Both the position numbers and the translations under genes were made by a program. From the NCBI GenBank assembly GCA_963848295.1, contig CAWKDB010000010.1, positions 480,001 to 544,000 on the forward strand: 64,000 nucleotides of DNA, given 5' to 3'. This document shows, piece after piece, positions 19,829-31,083 of the stretch. Each line of letters opens with the position of its first letter. The first letter of the stretch is position 1. The notes below the pieces were generated by a model, which saw only the letters and a list, made by a program, of their open reading frames with translations, did not search any database and was not told the origin of the DNA. This stretch comes from an uncultured delta proteobacterium (lineage in GTDB: Bacteria > Myxococcota_A > Polyangia > Haliangiales > Haliangiaceae).

Positions 19829-20881
19829 ATGCCGGGTCGGCGTAGGCGTGGGAGCGCGAGCTCGGTCGCGAGGCTGCTGGCCGGTGCGCTCCTGCTCGCG
19901 TGCAGCTGTTTCTCGCCGGTGATCCACTTCGGCGAGGGCAAGTCGGCCAAGGAGGCTCAGCACGACAGGCTCCGCGAGCTCACGCCGCCGGTGCTGTCGC
20001 AAGATCGCCGGTGGACCGCCGAAGTTCGGGTCGCGAAGATCCGGGTGTGGGCGGACGACGAATATCGGGCGCAGAACCTGACCTGGCAGCGAGGGTTCGG
20101 TGAGCAGCTCGAGTACGCGAACGCGGTGCTCGAGCCGACGTTCGGGGTCCGGCTCGTGGCCGAGTATCAAGCGTGGGAACATCATGCTCCGGGCAGCACG
20201 CTCGCCGAGGATCTCCAGGCACTCGCTGCGGTCGACCGCGGCGACGGCGTGCTCTCGGTCGTCGGCTTGACCTCGGCGCTCGGGCTCGCGTCCGCGACGT
20301 TCGACGAGCTCGGCTATGCGAGCCTGCCGGGTCGCTACATCATGCTGCGCGGCTACGCCGATCTCGAAGAGCGCAAAGGCTTCACGCGCGCGTTCCCCGA
20401 TCTCGAAGCCGACGAGCGCGAATCCGCGTTGGAAGCCCGGCGCCGTCACAAGACAACCGCGGTGTTTCTCCACGAGCTCGGCCACAACCTCGGCGCTCCG
20501 CACGACGAGGCGCCCGACACCCTGATGAACGCGATCTACTCGGAGCACTCCGCCGGGTTCACCGACCGCACGCGCGAGTTGGTTGCGCGCGAGCTCGATC
20601 GCCGGCTTGGCGGCGGAGCCGGAGCCGCACCGGTCGCGGTGCCAGCACGACACCTCGCACTCGTGATCGCGATCGCCACGTCGGGCGAGATCACGATCGA
20701 CGGCGAGCCGGTCGCCGACGTCGAGCTCGATGCAAAGCTGAAAGCGATCTATCAGGCCGATCACGAGGCCGAGCTCACCGTCGAGCTGGCGCACGGCGCA
20801 CCGCGCGCGTTGCTCGTGGGCATCTTCGACCACGCGAAAGCGGTCGGGCTGAAACGGCTGTCGATCGGGATCGGCCCGTAG
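19829..20881 (+). CDS. Lipoprotein zinc metalloprotease (metzincin) with C-terminal ExbD-like domain
   Basis: HELGHNLGAPH plus Met-turn (TLMN). C-terminal 'IATSGEITIDGEPV...AKAVGLKRLSI' resembles the ExbD/TolR periplasmic domain. Confidence 0.7.
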   Translation: MPGRRRRGSASSVARLLAGALLLACSCFSPVIHFGEGKSAKEAQHDRLRELTPPVLSQDRRWTAEVRVAKIRVWADDEYRAQNLTWQRGFGEQLEYANAVLEPTFGVRLVAEYQAWEHHAPGSTLAEDLQALAAVDRGDGVLSVVGLTSALGLASATFDELGYASLPGRYIMLRGYADLEERKGFTRAFPDLEADERESALEARRRHKTTAVFLHELGHNLGAPHDEAPDTLMNAIYSEHSAGFTDRTRELVARELDRRLGGGAGAAPVAVPARHLALVIAIATSGEITIDGEPVADVELDAKLKAIYQADHEAELTVELAHGAPRALLVGIFDHAKAVGLKRLSIGIGP

Positions 20882-21229
20882 CTACGTCCGCCAGGCGTCG
20901 CGGATCAGGTCGATCTGCTCGCCCGTGATCGCGACGACGTCGAACCGCGAGCGTGCAAAATCGGGATCGCGCAGCGCGATGTACTGGAGCGCGATCCGCG
21001 CGACCTGGCGTTGCTTCGTTCGGTCGACCATCTCCGCGGCGTGACCGTGGTCCGCGTCGCCGCGGCTGCGGACCTCGACGAACACCAGCACGCCGTTGTC
21101 GCGCGCGACGATGTCGAGCTCACCGCCCTTGATGCGGAAGTTGCGCTCGACGATCTGATAGCCCTCGCGTAGCAACAGCGCGACGGCGCGGGCCTCGGCC
21201 GAGTTGCCGCTGTCGATCGTACTAACCAT
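20882..21229 (-). CDS. yraN: YraN family protein
   Basis: ERNFRIKGGELDIVA...LVFVEVRSR...RFDVVAI. Confidence 0.92.
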   Translation of the reverse strand: MVSTIDSGNSAEARAVALLLREGYQIVERNFRIKGGELDIVARDNGVLVFVEVRSRGDADHGHAAEMVDRTKQRQVARIALQYIALRDPDFARSRFDVVAITGEQIDLIRDAWRT

Positions 21230-21283
21230 CGCTCCTCACCCTTCCCGCCCACTCTATCTCGGGCCTGTGACGTCTCGAGCGGT

Positions 21284-21748
21284 CTACTTCTTCTTGCGCG
21301 GCTTCTTGGCCTTCGTCTCGCCGGTCTCGGCCGCCGCGGGCTCGCTGGCATCGGTGCCGACCTCGGCCGGTTCGCTCGCGCTGTCCTGCGTGTTGTCGCG
21401 CTCTTTGATGCGCGCCGCCTTACCGGACAGGTCGCGCAAATAGTAGAGCCGCGCCTGATGGACGCGACCCCGCGAGATGACCTCGACCTTGTCGATGTTC
21501 GGCGAGTTGTCCGGGAAGATCCTCTCGACGCCGACGCCGTACGAAATCTTTCGCACCGTGAAGGTCGAGCGCGCGCCCTTCGCGACGCGACGGATGCACA
21601 CGCCTTCGAAGGCTTGAAGGCGAGTCTTCTCGCCTTCGCGAATCTTCGCCCACACCTTGATCGAGTCGCCCGGGCGGAACTCTGGGAGCTCCCCACCGGT
21701 GCGTCGTTGGCTCTTGTCGATCGATTCGAGAATCCGGTGCGCGCTCAT
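21284..21748 (-). CDS. rplS: 50S ribosomal protein L19
   Basis: FRPGDSIKV...[10 protein letters not shown]...[18 protein letters not shown]...RLYYLR. Start ATG 21748. Confidence 0.97.
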   Translation of the reverse strand: MSAHRILESIDKSQRRTGGELPEFRPGDSIKVWAKIREGEKTRLQAFEGVCIRRVAKGARSTFTVRKISYGVGVERIFPDNSPNIDKVEVISRGRVHQARLYYLRDLSGKAARIKERDNTQDSASEPAEVGTDASEPAAAETGETKAKKPRKKK

Positions 21749-21810
21749 GGCGGTCAAACCTTGCAAAAGACGTTCGGGGGCAAGGGTTTGCCAGAGAATT
21801 GCCGCTCGCG

Positions 21811-23091
21811 TCAAGTCGCGATACCGAAGAGTCGATCGAGGATCACGGCGCCGGCGCTGCGAACCGACAGATGGTTCCACCCCGAACCTCCGTCGATCGG
21901 CGCAAGCACCCGCGATACCGGCAGATTTGCCTCGGCGAGCCCCCAGCCCGTGCCGAGGAGGAGCAGCATCGGCCCGATCGAAGTTTCTGCGAGCAGCTCG
22001 TCGGGAGTCACCCGTCGAACGCCCGGAAACGCCGCCGGGTTCGCCGAAGTCGCGACGACGAGCGGCGCGGCGCCGTAGCTCGCGGTCAGCTCGGCGGTCA
22101 CGGTTTCGATCGAATCGGCGGTGCGAACGAGGCGCAGCGCGGCCGCCCGATGCTCGCCCTGCTCGTCCGCCATCCAGCGCGACGCGATGTGCTCGGCCTT
22201 GTCTCGTTGCGACGTGATCGGCGTGACGATGTGGTAGCCGGCCAGCCCGTAGGTCAGCGACGACCGCGCGAGATCGTGGATGTCGAAGTTGGTCAACGCG
22301 GTCGTGATCACCGCGCCCGTGCGATCGACGACCGGATGATGAACGAGCGCGAGGTGGGTGCGGCGCGCGAGCGGGACCACGCCGTGGGTCGCCGCAGACT
22401 TCAGCTCGGCCGGCGTCGGACGATAGCGCCGCCACAACGCGGGACGGCGCGCGATCGTGCGCGCGATCGCCTGCGCTCGCCGCCACGCCGCGATCGCCGC
22501 GTGATTCCCGGACGCGAGCACCGCGGGGATCGGCCGCCCTTCCAGCTCGGCCGGCCGGGTGTAGTGCGGATACTCGACGAGCCCCGCCGAGAAGCTCTCG
22601 TCATCGGCCGACGCTGGCTCGCCGAGCACGCCCGGCACGAGCCGCGCGACCGCATCGATCACGACGAGCGCGCCGAGCTCGCCGCCCGACAAGACGTAGT
22701 CGCCGATCGAGAGCTGCTCGTCAATCGCGAGCTCGGTGACCCGCTCGTCGACGCCTTCGTAGCGCCCGCACACGAGGACGACGTGTGGTAGGGCCGCAAG
22801 CGCTCGCACCCGCGCCTGGGTCAACGGTGCGCCGCCGGCGGACAGCAAGATGCGATGCCCCGGGCCGGCCTTGGCGATCGCGGCGAGCAGCGGCTCCGGT
22901 TTCATCACCATCCCCGGGCCGCCGCCGTAAGGCGTGTCGTCGACCGTGCGGTGCTTGTCGCTCGTGAACTCGCGCGGATCGATCGTGTCGACCGCGATGA
23001 CGCCGGCCTTGACCGCGCGGCTGACCACGCCGCCGCCGTCGAGCACCGGCCCGATCAGCTCGGGCAGCAACGTGACGACCGTGAACTTCAT
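21811..23091 (-). CDS. trmD: tRNA (guanine37-N1)-methyltransferase TrmD fused to a second SPOUT-type RNA methyltransferase domain
   Basis: [23 protein letters not shown] and [12 protein letters not shown]-terminal ~180 aa carry [31 protein letters not shown]. Confidence 0.93.
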   Translation of the reverse strand: MKFTVVTLLPELIGPVLDGGGVVSRAVKAGVIAVDTIDPREFTSDKHRTVDDTPYGGGPGMVMKPEPLLAAIAKAGPGHRILLSAGGAPLTQARVRALAALPHVVLVCGRYEGVDERVTELAIDEQLSIGDYVLSGGELGALVVIDAVARLVPGVLGEPASADDESFSAGLVEYPHYTRPAELEGRPIPAVLASGNHAAIAAWRRAQAIARTIARRPALWRRYRPTPAELKSAATHGVVPLARRTHLALVHHPVVDRTGAVITTALTNFDIHDLARSSLTYGLAGYHIVTPITSQRDKAEHIASRWMADEQGEHRAAALRLVRTADSIETVTAELTASYGAAPLVVATSANPAAFPGVRRVTPDELLAETSIGPMLLLLGTGWGLAEANLPVSRVLAPIDGGSGWNHLSVRSAGAVILDRLFGIAT

Positions 23092-23597
23092 CGCCGCTGG
23101 CTCTCGGGCAGCCCGTCCGGCGGATCGACGGTGATGACCCGGCCTTCGAGATCGATGTCGACGACGTAGACCTCGACGAGCGGCAGCAAGCGCTCGAGGT
23201 CGCCGTCGTGGATCACGAGCAGCTCTTGGACCGAGCTCGCATCGATCGCGGCGACCGTGCCGTACGGCGAGCCGTCCAGTCGGCGCACCGCGCAGCCGAC
23301 GAGGTCGGACAGCAGCACGTCGTCGTCGCCGAGCCCGAGCGCGTCGCGATCGACCTCGACCTTCGCGCCCCGGAGCGCCTCGGCGTCGTTGCGCGTCGTC
23401 ACGCCGTCGAGCGCGACCAGCCAACCGCGATGGGTCGACCGCGCCTGCTTGATCGTGCGGGCGACGCCGCCGACCCAGATGGTCTCGACCTCGCCGAGCG
23501 TCGCGGAGTCGGGATCGTGCGTGAAGATCGCGACCTCGCCGCGGATCCCGTGGGCCCGAGCGATGGCGCCGATCTCGATCCGCGCGGCTCCGCCCAC
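23088..23597 (-). CDS. rimM: Ribosome maturation factor RimM
   Basis: IGAIARAHGIRGEV...AEALRGA...LLPLV. Operon position. Confidence 0.92.
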   Translation of the reverse strand: MGGAARIEIGAIARAHGIRGEVAIFTHDPDSATLGEVETIWVGGVARTIKQARSTHRGWLVALDGVTTRNDAEALRGAKVEVDRDALGLGDDDVLLSDLVGCAVRRLDGSPYGTVAAIDASSVQELLVIHDGDLERLLPLVEVYVVDIDLEGRVITVDPPDGLPESQRR

Positions 23598-23611
23598 AGC
23601 GATGACCGTTG

Positions 23612-23859
<248 letters not shown>

Positions 23860-23860
<1 letters not shown>

Positions 23861-24111
23861 TACGCGGCCTTGGCGGCGGTGCGTGCGACGCGACGGACGA
23901 TCGAACCGAGCGTGCCGCTCGGCTGAGCGCCGACCTTGAGCCACTTGTCGTAGCGCTCTTGGTCGAGCTTCAGGACCTTAGTAGTCGGATGATAAGTGCC
24001 GAGCAATTCGATGAACCGGCCATCGCGCGCGCACCGCTTGTCAGCGGCCACGATTCGATAGAACGGGGACTTCTTCTTGCCTTGGCGGGAAAACCGAATG
24101 ACGACAGCCAT
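23860..24111 (-). CDS. rpsP: 30S ribosomal protein S16
   Basis: MAVVIRFSRQGKKKSPFYRIVAADKRCARDGRFIELLGTY. Confidence 0.97.
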
Positions 24112-24246
24112 ATGTTCCTTGCAACCTGCGTTCGATCACACCGCACCGCCATTCGGCGGTGCTGCCGACCCAGGCAAGCCTGGGCCGTCGAGCGCGGCAA
24201 TCTACCCAGGCATGTCGGACCTGTCAACGTGGTATACGAGCTGGCG

Positions 24247-25948
24247 ATGCGCCGGCGGATGGCCGCTCTCGGGGTCGTGCTCGCGGCCGCTTGTTGCTCG
24301 AAATCTGAAGTGAAAGACGGGGGTTCGGGCTCGGCGCTCGGCAAGCCTCCGGTCGCGTTCACGGTGTTCGCGCTCGCCGAGGTCCGTGGCCAGATCGGGC
24401 CTTGCGGCTGCACCTCGGACCCCCTCGGGGATATCTCGCGGACCGCGAAGCTGATCGCCGATGCGCGCGCGAAGGGGCCGGTGCTGGTGGTCGATGCCGG
24501 CGGCCTGCTGTATTCGCAGAACCCGGTCCCGCCGCACCTCGAGGCCGAGGAGCAGCTCAAGGCCAATCTCCTGGCGTCTCTATATAAGGAGCCGCTCCAG
24601 GTCGCCGCGCTCGGGGTCGGCGCGTCCGACCTCGCCGAGGGCGAAGGCTCGGTCCGGCTGCCGCGCGAGCTCGTCAACCCGCCCGCCGAATCCAAGCTCC
24701 CGATCGAGGCGCCGAAGGTCATCCAGGTCGGCGATGCGAAGGTCGGCGTGTTCGGCGTGATCGCCGAGGACTCGTTCAGCCACTTCGCGGTCACCGCGCC
24801 CGTCGCCGCTGCGAAGCTCGCGGTCACCGGGCTGCGGGGGCGCGGCGCCGACATCATCGTCGCGTTGGTTCAAGCCGGCAGCAAGAAGGACGCGGTCGAC
24901 CTGATCCGCGAGATCGGCGGCATCGACCTCGCGATCGCCGGCTTGGGGCTCGACGCGCCCGAGCCCGAGAACATCGAGATCGAGCCGTCGAAGGTCGGCG
25001 ACGGCTGGCTGATCATTCCGGCGGACCGCGGCCAGGTACTGAGCCGGATCGACGTCTCGCTGCGCCGCGACGGCGCGCACGCCGTGTTGCCGCTGGTCGA
25101 TGCCGGCGGCGCGGCCGCGGCGACCGCGAAGATCGCCGCGATCGATAAGCGCCTCGCCGGGCTCGATGTCGAGCTCGCGAAGTTCGCGGCCGACAAGACC
25201 GCCGATCCGACGTTCGTCGCGACGAAGAAGGCCGAGCGCTCCGGCCTGGTGGCGCAGCGTGCCGAGCTCGTCGCCCATCCGCTCCGGGCCCCGGCGCGCG
25301 GCAGCTACTTCACGCTCGACCAGATCCGGATCGACAAGGCGCTCCCCTGTAGTGCGCCGGTGCAGGCGGCGGTGCGCGCCTACGATCGCGACGCCGGCGC
25401 TGCGAACGTCAAGGCCGCCGACGACAAGCCGGTCCCCGAGCCGCCGAAAGGCCAAGCGACCTACGTCGGGATGGCGGCGTGCAGCGACTGTCACGACGAT
25501 GAAGTCGAGTTCTGGAAGAAGACCGTGCACGCGCGGGCCTGGCAGACGCTGGTCGATCGCGGCCAGCAGTTCGACTACGAGTGCATCGGCTGTCACATCA
25601 CCGGGTTCGACAAGCCGGGCGGCTCGAACCTCGCGCATAACGACAACCTGCGCGACGTCCAGTGCGAGACTTGCCACGGCCCTGGTTCGATCCACGTCGC
25701 GAAAGGCGGGGAGGAGAAGCCGCCCGCTGTGAAGCGCGCGCCGTCGCCCGATCTGTGCGCGACCCAGTGCCACACGCACGAGCACAGCGACACGTTCCAG
25801 TACGACGCGTACCTGCGCGACATCGTCGGTGCCGGGCCACGGCGACGACCGGCGCAAGCAGCTCGGCGATGGCCCGACCGGGCACGAGCTGCGCAAGGCC
25901 GCGCTGGATAAAGCCGGTAAGACCGTCGGCGCCGGCTGCATCCGATGA
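24247..25948 (+). CDS. Lipoprotein with metallophosphoesterase/5'-nucleotidase-like N-domain and multiheme cytochrome c (c554-like) C-domain; frameshift near 25836
   Basis: GPCGC and VVDAGG motifs. Heme motifs CSDCH, CIGCH, CETCH and CATQCH. A more plausible C-terminus (GHGDDRRKQLGDGPTGHELR...) is in the adjacent frame and ends at 25948. Confidence 0.8.
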
Positions 25949-26353
25949 CCGTCGACGTGACACGTGCACGTGCACGTGCGCGTGCCCGAATCGGACTGGC
26001 GATCGCATTAGCTGCCTGTAGCAGCGCGCCGCGCCACACGACGACGACGGTCGCGCCGACGACGACCGGCGTCGTCCATGGCATGGCGTCGTTCTACAGC
26101 GAACCGCAGATGACCGCATCGGGCGAGCGGTTCGACAAGCACGCGCTGACCGCGGCGCATCGCACGCTGCCGTTCGGTACGTCGGGTCAGGGTGACGAAC
26201 GAGCGCAACGGCCGCAGCGTGATCGTGCGGATCAACGATCGCGGTCCGTACAGCCACGGCCGGATCATCGACCTGTCCGAAGCGGCCGCCCGCGAGCTGC
26301 GGATGATCGACGCAGGTGTCGTGCCCGTAACGCTCGAGGTGCTGAGCAGGTGA
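25945..26353 (+). CDS. rlpA: Septal ring lytic transglycosylase RlpA family lipoprotein (frameshift near 26182)
   Basis: GMASFY...TASGERFD...[11 protein letters not shown], then in the next frame VRINDRGPY...IIDLSEAAA. Confidence 0.85.
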
Positions 26354-27315
26354 CGGAGCCAACGAGCACGCCCGCGTTGATCGCGACTCGCGGGTTGACG
26401 AAGCGGTTCGCCGGCATCACCGCGCTGTCGGCGTTGACCGCGACGATCGACGGCAAGATCATCGGCTTGCTGGGCCCGAACGGCGCGGGCAAGTCGACGT
26501 TGCTCAAGTGTCTGCTCGGGCTCGTGCCGTTCGACGGCGAAGCCGACGTGCTCGGGCTGTCGGCGCGAACGCGCGGGACCGAGATCCGCGACCGCGTCGG
26601 CTACATGCCCGAGCAGGAGGCGTTCCTGTCCGGGATGAGCGCGGTCGAGATGTGCACGTACGCCGCCGAGCTTTCGGGCTTGCCGCGGACCGAGGCGATG
26701 CAGCGCGCACACGCCGCGTTGTACTACGCCGGGCTCGAGGACAAGCGCTACCTGCCGATCGACGGCTACTCGACCGGGATGAAGCAACGCGTGAAGCTCG
26801 CGCAGGCGCTCGTCCACGATCCCGAGCTGCTGTTTCTCGACGAGCCGACCAACGGCCTCGATCCGCGCTCGCGCGGTGACATGCTCGAGCTGATCGCGGA
26901 GCTGCCGCAGCGCCGGGGCTGCGCGATCGTGCTGTCGACGCACCTCCTGCCCGATGTCGAGCGGGTGTGCGACCACGCCGTCATCATGCATCGCGGCGAG
27001 CTGCGGTTCTCCGGAACGATCGACGAGCTTCGTGGCGCTCGCGGCCGCGAGAGCGAGCTCGCGATCGAGGTCAAGGCCGAGCCGGCCAAGCTCGCCGAGG
27101 CGCTGACCACGGCCGGTGCGACGTGCAAGGTGACCTCACCGATCGCGCTCGAAGTCGATCTGCCGAGCCACGCGACCGCCGAGCTCGTGTTCGCGCGCGC
27201 GAAGGACGCGGGCGTGCAGATCCGCGGGCTGGAGGTCAGGCGCGAGAGCGTCGAAGCGGCGTTCATGCGCGTGCTCGGCGAAGCGCCGGCGAAACCAGCG
27301 AGCCCCTCCGCATGA
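26350..27315 (+). CDS. ABC transporter ATP-binding protein
   Basis: [21 protein letters not shown]. Confidence 0.92.
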   Translation: MTEPTSTPALIATRGLTKRFAGITALSALTATIDGKIIGLLGPNGAGKSTLLKCLLGLVPFDGEADVLGLSARTRGTEIRDRVGYMPEQEAFLSGMSAVEMCTYAAELSGLPRTEAMQRAHAALYYAGLEDKRYLPIDGYSTGMKQRVKLAQALVHDPELLFLDEPTNGLDPRSRGDMLELIAELPQRRGCAIVLSTHLLPDVERVCDHAVIMHRGELRFSGTIDELRGARGRESELAIEVKAEPAKLAEALTTAGATCKVTSPIALEVDLPSHATAELVFARAKDAGVQIRGLEVRRESVEAAFMRVLGEAPAKPASPSA

Positions 27316-28220
27316 GCCAAGGCACGATCCACGACCTCGGCTACAAGCGCTACGCCGGGACCCGCCGTTCGACCGGGACGCGCTGGCGCGTCGTGATGCG
27401 CCAGCAGATCGCATCGGCATGGAAGACGTGGTTCCGTTACAAGGCATGGGTCGGGTTCGCGGTGATCACGACGTGCGTCGCCGGCATGTTGATGTACCTC
27501 GCGACCTACGTGCCGAACCTCCACGTGCTCAGCGACGTGCTCGTCGGCGGTCATGGCAAGCACATCGAGCTCGCCGATGTCCCGCTGCCGAACGCGATCG
27601 CCTGGTACTGCCGTGGCGCGTTCCTGTGCACGCTCACGCTCGGCATCGGCGTGATCGCGAACGACATGCGCAGCGGCGCGTTCACGTTCTACTTCTCGCG
27701 CTCGTTGCGACCGACCGATTACGTGCTCGGCAAGCTCGCCGGCCTGGGCTTCGTGATGGCGACGATCACGATGGCCGGGCCGGTGTTGCTCGCGATCATG
27801 CGGTTGACGCTCGCGACGTCGACCGATGAGCTCTGGCACCTGTTGCCGCTGATCCCGAAGGCGCTCGCGGTCGGCGCGTTGACGACGCTGACCTACGCCG
27901 CGGTGCCGCTCGCGTTCTCGGCGCTGCTCTCGCATCGCGGCTACGCGCTCGCGGCGTGGGCGGCGTATTACGTGATCGCCGGCGAGATCGCCGCGGACGG
28001 CTTCTCGTCGACCCCGGCGATCTCGGCGTTCGACTTGCCCACCGCGATTCGCGGCGTCGCGTTCTGGTTGTTCGACGTCGAACCGATTCGCGGCACCGCC
28101 GAGCTCGCGCCGATCGGCGCCTGCGTCATCTCGCTCGCGATCCAGATCGGCGCCGCGCTCGCGATCGCCTACTACATGGTGCGCCGCGCGAGCGATAGCG
28201 GGGTCGGAGGCGCGACATGA
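27312..28220 (+). CDS. ABC-2 type permease
   Basis: [14 protein letters not shown] start, multiple TM helices, YFSRSL..DYVLGKL. Confidence 0.85.
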   Translation: MSQGTIHDLGYKRYAGTRRSTGTRWRVVMRQQIASAWKTWFRYKAWVGFAVITTCVAGMLMYLATYVPNLHVLSDVLVGGHGKHIELADVPLPNAIAWYCRGAFLCTLTLGIGVIANDMRSGAFTFYFSRSLRPTDYVLGKLAGLGFVMATITMAGPVLLAIMRLTLATSTDELWHLLPLIPKALAVGALTTLTYAAVPLAFSALLSHRGYALAAWAAYYVIAGEIAADGFSSTPAISAFDLPTAIRGVAFWLFDVEPIRGTAELAPIGACVISLAIQIGAALAIAYYMVRRASDSGVGGAT

Positions 28221-29149
28221 CCGAGGCCGCGGTCGTCGTCGATAATTGCAGCAAGTGGTACGGCCACGTGCTCGGCATGTCGGACGTGTCGTGGACGCTG
28301 CGCGGCGGCATCGTCGGCTTGCTCGGTCCGAACGGCGCGGGCAAGTCGACGCTGATCAAGATGATGGCCGGCTTGCTGCGCCCGTCGCGCGGCACGCTCA
28401 CCGTGTTCGGCGCGCAGCCGTTCCTCGACGCGAGCGTGCGCCGGCGCATCGGCTACGCGCCCGAGCACGAGAAGACCTGGGACGAGCTCACCGCACTCGA
28501 GCTCGTGACCGTGCTGGCGCGGCTCGCCGGCGTGCCCGCGCCGCGCGCGAAGGCCGCCGCCGAGACCGCGCTCGATCAGATGGGCATGGCCGATGCCCGC
28601 CACCGTCGCGTCCGCGGGTTCTCGAAAGGCATGCGCCAGCGCACGAAGCTCGCCGGCGCGATCGCCCACGAGCCAGATCTCTTGCTGCTCGACGAGCCGC
28701 TGACCGGCGTCGATCCCGTCGCGCGCGTCGATATCGTCGATTGCATCCGCAAGCTCGGCGACGCGGGCAAGACCGTCGTGGTGTCGAGCCACGTGCTCTA
28801 CGAGATCGAAGCGCTGACCCGCGAGATCGTCGTGATCTACCGCGGCCAGGTGCTCGCCGAGGGCAACGTCTACGAGATCCGCAAGCTGATCGATCGCCAT
28901 CCGCATCGCATCCGGATCGCGTGTGACCAACCGCGCACCGTCGCCGCCGCGCTCGCGACCGCGGATCACGTGGCGCGCATCGTGTTCGAGCGCGACGCGA
29001 TCATGATCGAGACGCGCGACCCGGATCGCTGCTACCACGAGCTGTCGGAGACCGTGCTCGCGCATCACATCGCGGTCGCGGCGCTGACCTCGCCGGACAA
29101 CAACCTCGGTGCGGTGTTCGACTACCTGACCGGCGGAGTCCCCGAGTGA
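28217..29149 (+). CDS. ABC transporter ATP-binding protein
   Basis: [20 protein letters not shown]. Confidence 0.92.
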   Translation: MTEAAVVVDNCSKWYGHVLGMSDVSWTLRGGIVGLLGPNGAGKSTLIKMMAGLLRPSRGTLTVFGAQPFLDASVRRRIGYAPEHEKTWDELTALELVTVLARLAGVPAPRAKAAAETALDQMGMADARHRRVRGFSKGMRQRTKLAGAIAHEPDLLLLDEPLTGVDPVARVDIVDCIRKLGDAGKTVVVSSHVLYEIEALTREIVVIYRGQVLAEGNVYEIRKLIDRHPHRIRIACDQPRTVAAALATADHVARIVFERDAIMIETRDPDRCYHELSETVLAHHIAVAALTSPDNNLGAVFDYLTGGVPE

Positions 29150-29835
29150 GCGACCCGACCCGCACCGTGCCGAGCGCGTTCGAATCGATCGCGACGCTCG
29201 CCGGCTTGACGTTCAGGCGGCTCGCCCGCGGCAAGGCGATCTGGCTCTGTCTCGTGATCGCGGTGCTGCCCCTGCTGTTCGCGGCCAGGGTCCCCGGCGG
29301 GGACAAGCTGTCCAAGATGTTGACGTTCGAGGTCATCGTGGTCGCGCTCCTCGCGCCGTTCCTCGTCGCGTCCGCGATCGGCGACGACATCGAGGACCGC
29401 ACGCTGACCTACGTGTGGTCGCGCCCGTTGCCGCGGTGGACGTACGTGATCGGCAAGCTCGTCGCCGTCGTGCCCGTCGCGCTCGTCACCGTGCTCGCGA
29501 GCTGGACCGCCGCGTGCGAGATCGGCGTGCACTCGACGCCGTGGACGTGGTCGTACCTCGGGCTCGGCGCCGGCACGCTCTCGGTGTCGTGCGTCGCTGC
29601 CGGCATCGCGACGTTGGCACCGAAGTACGGCACCGCGCTGTCGGTCTCGTACATGCTGATGATCGATCTGGTGATCGGCGAGATACCCGCGAACCTCCAG
29701 TCGCTGAGCATCGGCCGCGCGGCGCGAGAGATCGCGAAGCACGACCATGTAGGGAGCTCGTTCACCACGCTGTTCGTGTTCGCGGCGATCGGGCTCGCGC
29801 TCGGGTTGCTGCGCATCCGCAAGCTCGAAGCTTAG
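29146..29835 (+). CDS. ABC-2 type permease
   Basis: TM helices, DDIEDRTLTYVWSRP..GKL. Confidence 0.85.
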   Translation: MSDPTRTVPSAFESIATLAGLTFRRLARGKAIWLCLVIAVLPLLFAARVPGGDKLSKMLTFEVIVVALLAPFLVASAIGDDIEDRTLTYVWSRPLPRWTYVIGKLVAVVPVALVTVLASWTAACEIGVHSTPWTWSYLGLGAGTLSVSCVAAGIATLAPKYGTALSVSYMLMIDLVIGEIPANLQSLSIGRAAREIAKHDHVGSSFTTLFVFAAIGLALGLLRIRKLEA

Positions 29836-29873
29836 GGCTAGCGCCCCCATCGCGATCGCGCGACGATGGAGAG

Positions 29874-31082
29874 ATGAAGCTCGCCGCGCTCGTCGTGCTC
29901 GCGATCGGCTGTGGCGGTGGCATGGGCGGTGGCATGGGCGGTGGCGGTGGTGGCGGTGGCGGCGGTGGCGGCGGCGGCGGCCCGACGACGCTGCTGGGCC
30001 GGCAAGAGCAGCTCGCGATGACGTTGCGGGGCACGACCGACTTCATGATCGGAGTCGGCAACGACAACACCGGGCCGTACGACCACGCGGTGCCGATCGA
30101 TCTGCACTACGCCTACCTCGACGGCTACGGCGACGAAGGCGGCTGGCCGACGTGGAACACCGACGGTGACTACCCCCTGTACTTCGAGCAAGCGGACGCG
30201 CCGCATGCGGTGTCGTCGTGGTTCACGTATTACCAGCTCGCGCTCGAGCTACAGAACAACAACGACGCGGTGCTCGCCGACCCGACGCGGATGGGTCAAT
30301 ACCTCAGCGACATGCGCCTGCTGTTCCAGAAGATCGACGACAACGGCGCGCCCGCGATCGTCCAGATCGAGCCCGACTTCTTCGGCTTCCTGATGCAGCG
30401 CGCGGCGAATGGCATGACGCCGGATCAAATCCCCGCGGCGGTCAGCGCACCCGAGTGTCCGAACGCGGCGCAGACGGTCAGCGGGCTCATGCACTGCGTC
30501 GTCGCGATCGGACGCGCGACCGCGCCCGATGCGCTGATCGGCTTCCACGCGTCGCAATGGGGCGCTTACTTCGATCCGACCGATCCGAACGCCGATGTCG
30601 CCGGGTCGGGCAAGACCGTCGCGGATTTCTTGATGTCGATCGGCGCCGACGGCACCGACTTCGTCACGGTCGAGACGCTCGATCGCGACGCCGGGTTCTG
30701 GGAGACCGACGGCGGCGGCACGACGTGCTCGGTGACCGACGGCTCGCGTGGCCCGGTCTATTGGGACGAAGCGAACGTCAGCTATCCGAACTTCGCGCAG
30801 CACCTCGCGTGGGTCAGCGCGCTCACCGCCGAGATGAACCTGCCGGCGCTCGAATGGCAGACCCCGCTCGGTGTCCCGTCGGATACGTGCGGCGGCACCG
30901 ACATGCATTGGCGCGACAATCGCGTGCACTACTTCTTCGGCCACGTCCCCGATCTGGTCGGCGCCGGCATCGCCGGGATGGCATTCGGGACGGGCGCCGG
31001 CGATCAAACCGATCTGAGCAGCGACGGCGATCAGCTCAAGAACGCCGCGACCGCGTACGCGGCTGCGCCGGTCGCGATGTAA
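29874..31082 (+). CDS. Lipoprotein with poly-Gly linker and putative glycoside-hydrolase-like domain
   Basis: MKLAALVVLAIGC lipobox and Gly tract, then QIEPDFFG and WQTPLG motifs. Function inferred only. Confidence 0.65.
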   Translation: MKLAALVVLAIGCGGGMGGGMGGGGGGGGGGGGGGGPTTLLGRQEQLAMTLRGTTDFMIGVGNDNTGPYDHAVPIDLHYAYLDGYGDEGGWPTWNTDGDYPLYFEQADAPHAVSSWFTYYQLALELQNNNDAVLADPTRMGQYLSDMRLLFQKIDDNGAPAIVQIEPDFFGFLMQRAANGMTPDQIPAAVSAPECPNAAQTVSGLMHCVVAIGRATAPDALIGFHASQWGAYFDPTDPNADVAGSGKTVADFLMSIGADGTDFVTVETLDRDAGFWETDGGGTTCSVTDGSRGPVYWDEANVSYPNFAQHLAWVSALTAEMNLPALEWQTPLGVPSDTCGGTDMHWRDNRVHYFFGHVPDLVGAGIAGMAFGTGAGDQTDLSSDGDQLKNAATAYAAAPVAM

Positions 31083-31083
31083 C

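Noticed and set aside
25959..25986. (CACGTG)n-like run near the rlpA start
   Set aside because: Very short. It may only indicate an uncertain start codon, and no further support was found.
25945..27315. RlpA-ABC ATPase fusion (456 aa ORF)
   Set aside because: Artefact of a frameshift near 26182. RlpA finishes in another frame at 26353 and the ATPase starts at GTG 26350.
29911..29981. GGC/GGT tract as a separate repeat element
   Set aside because: It encodes an in-frame poly-Gly linker after the lipobox.
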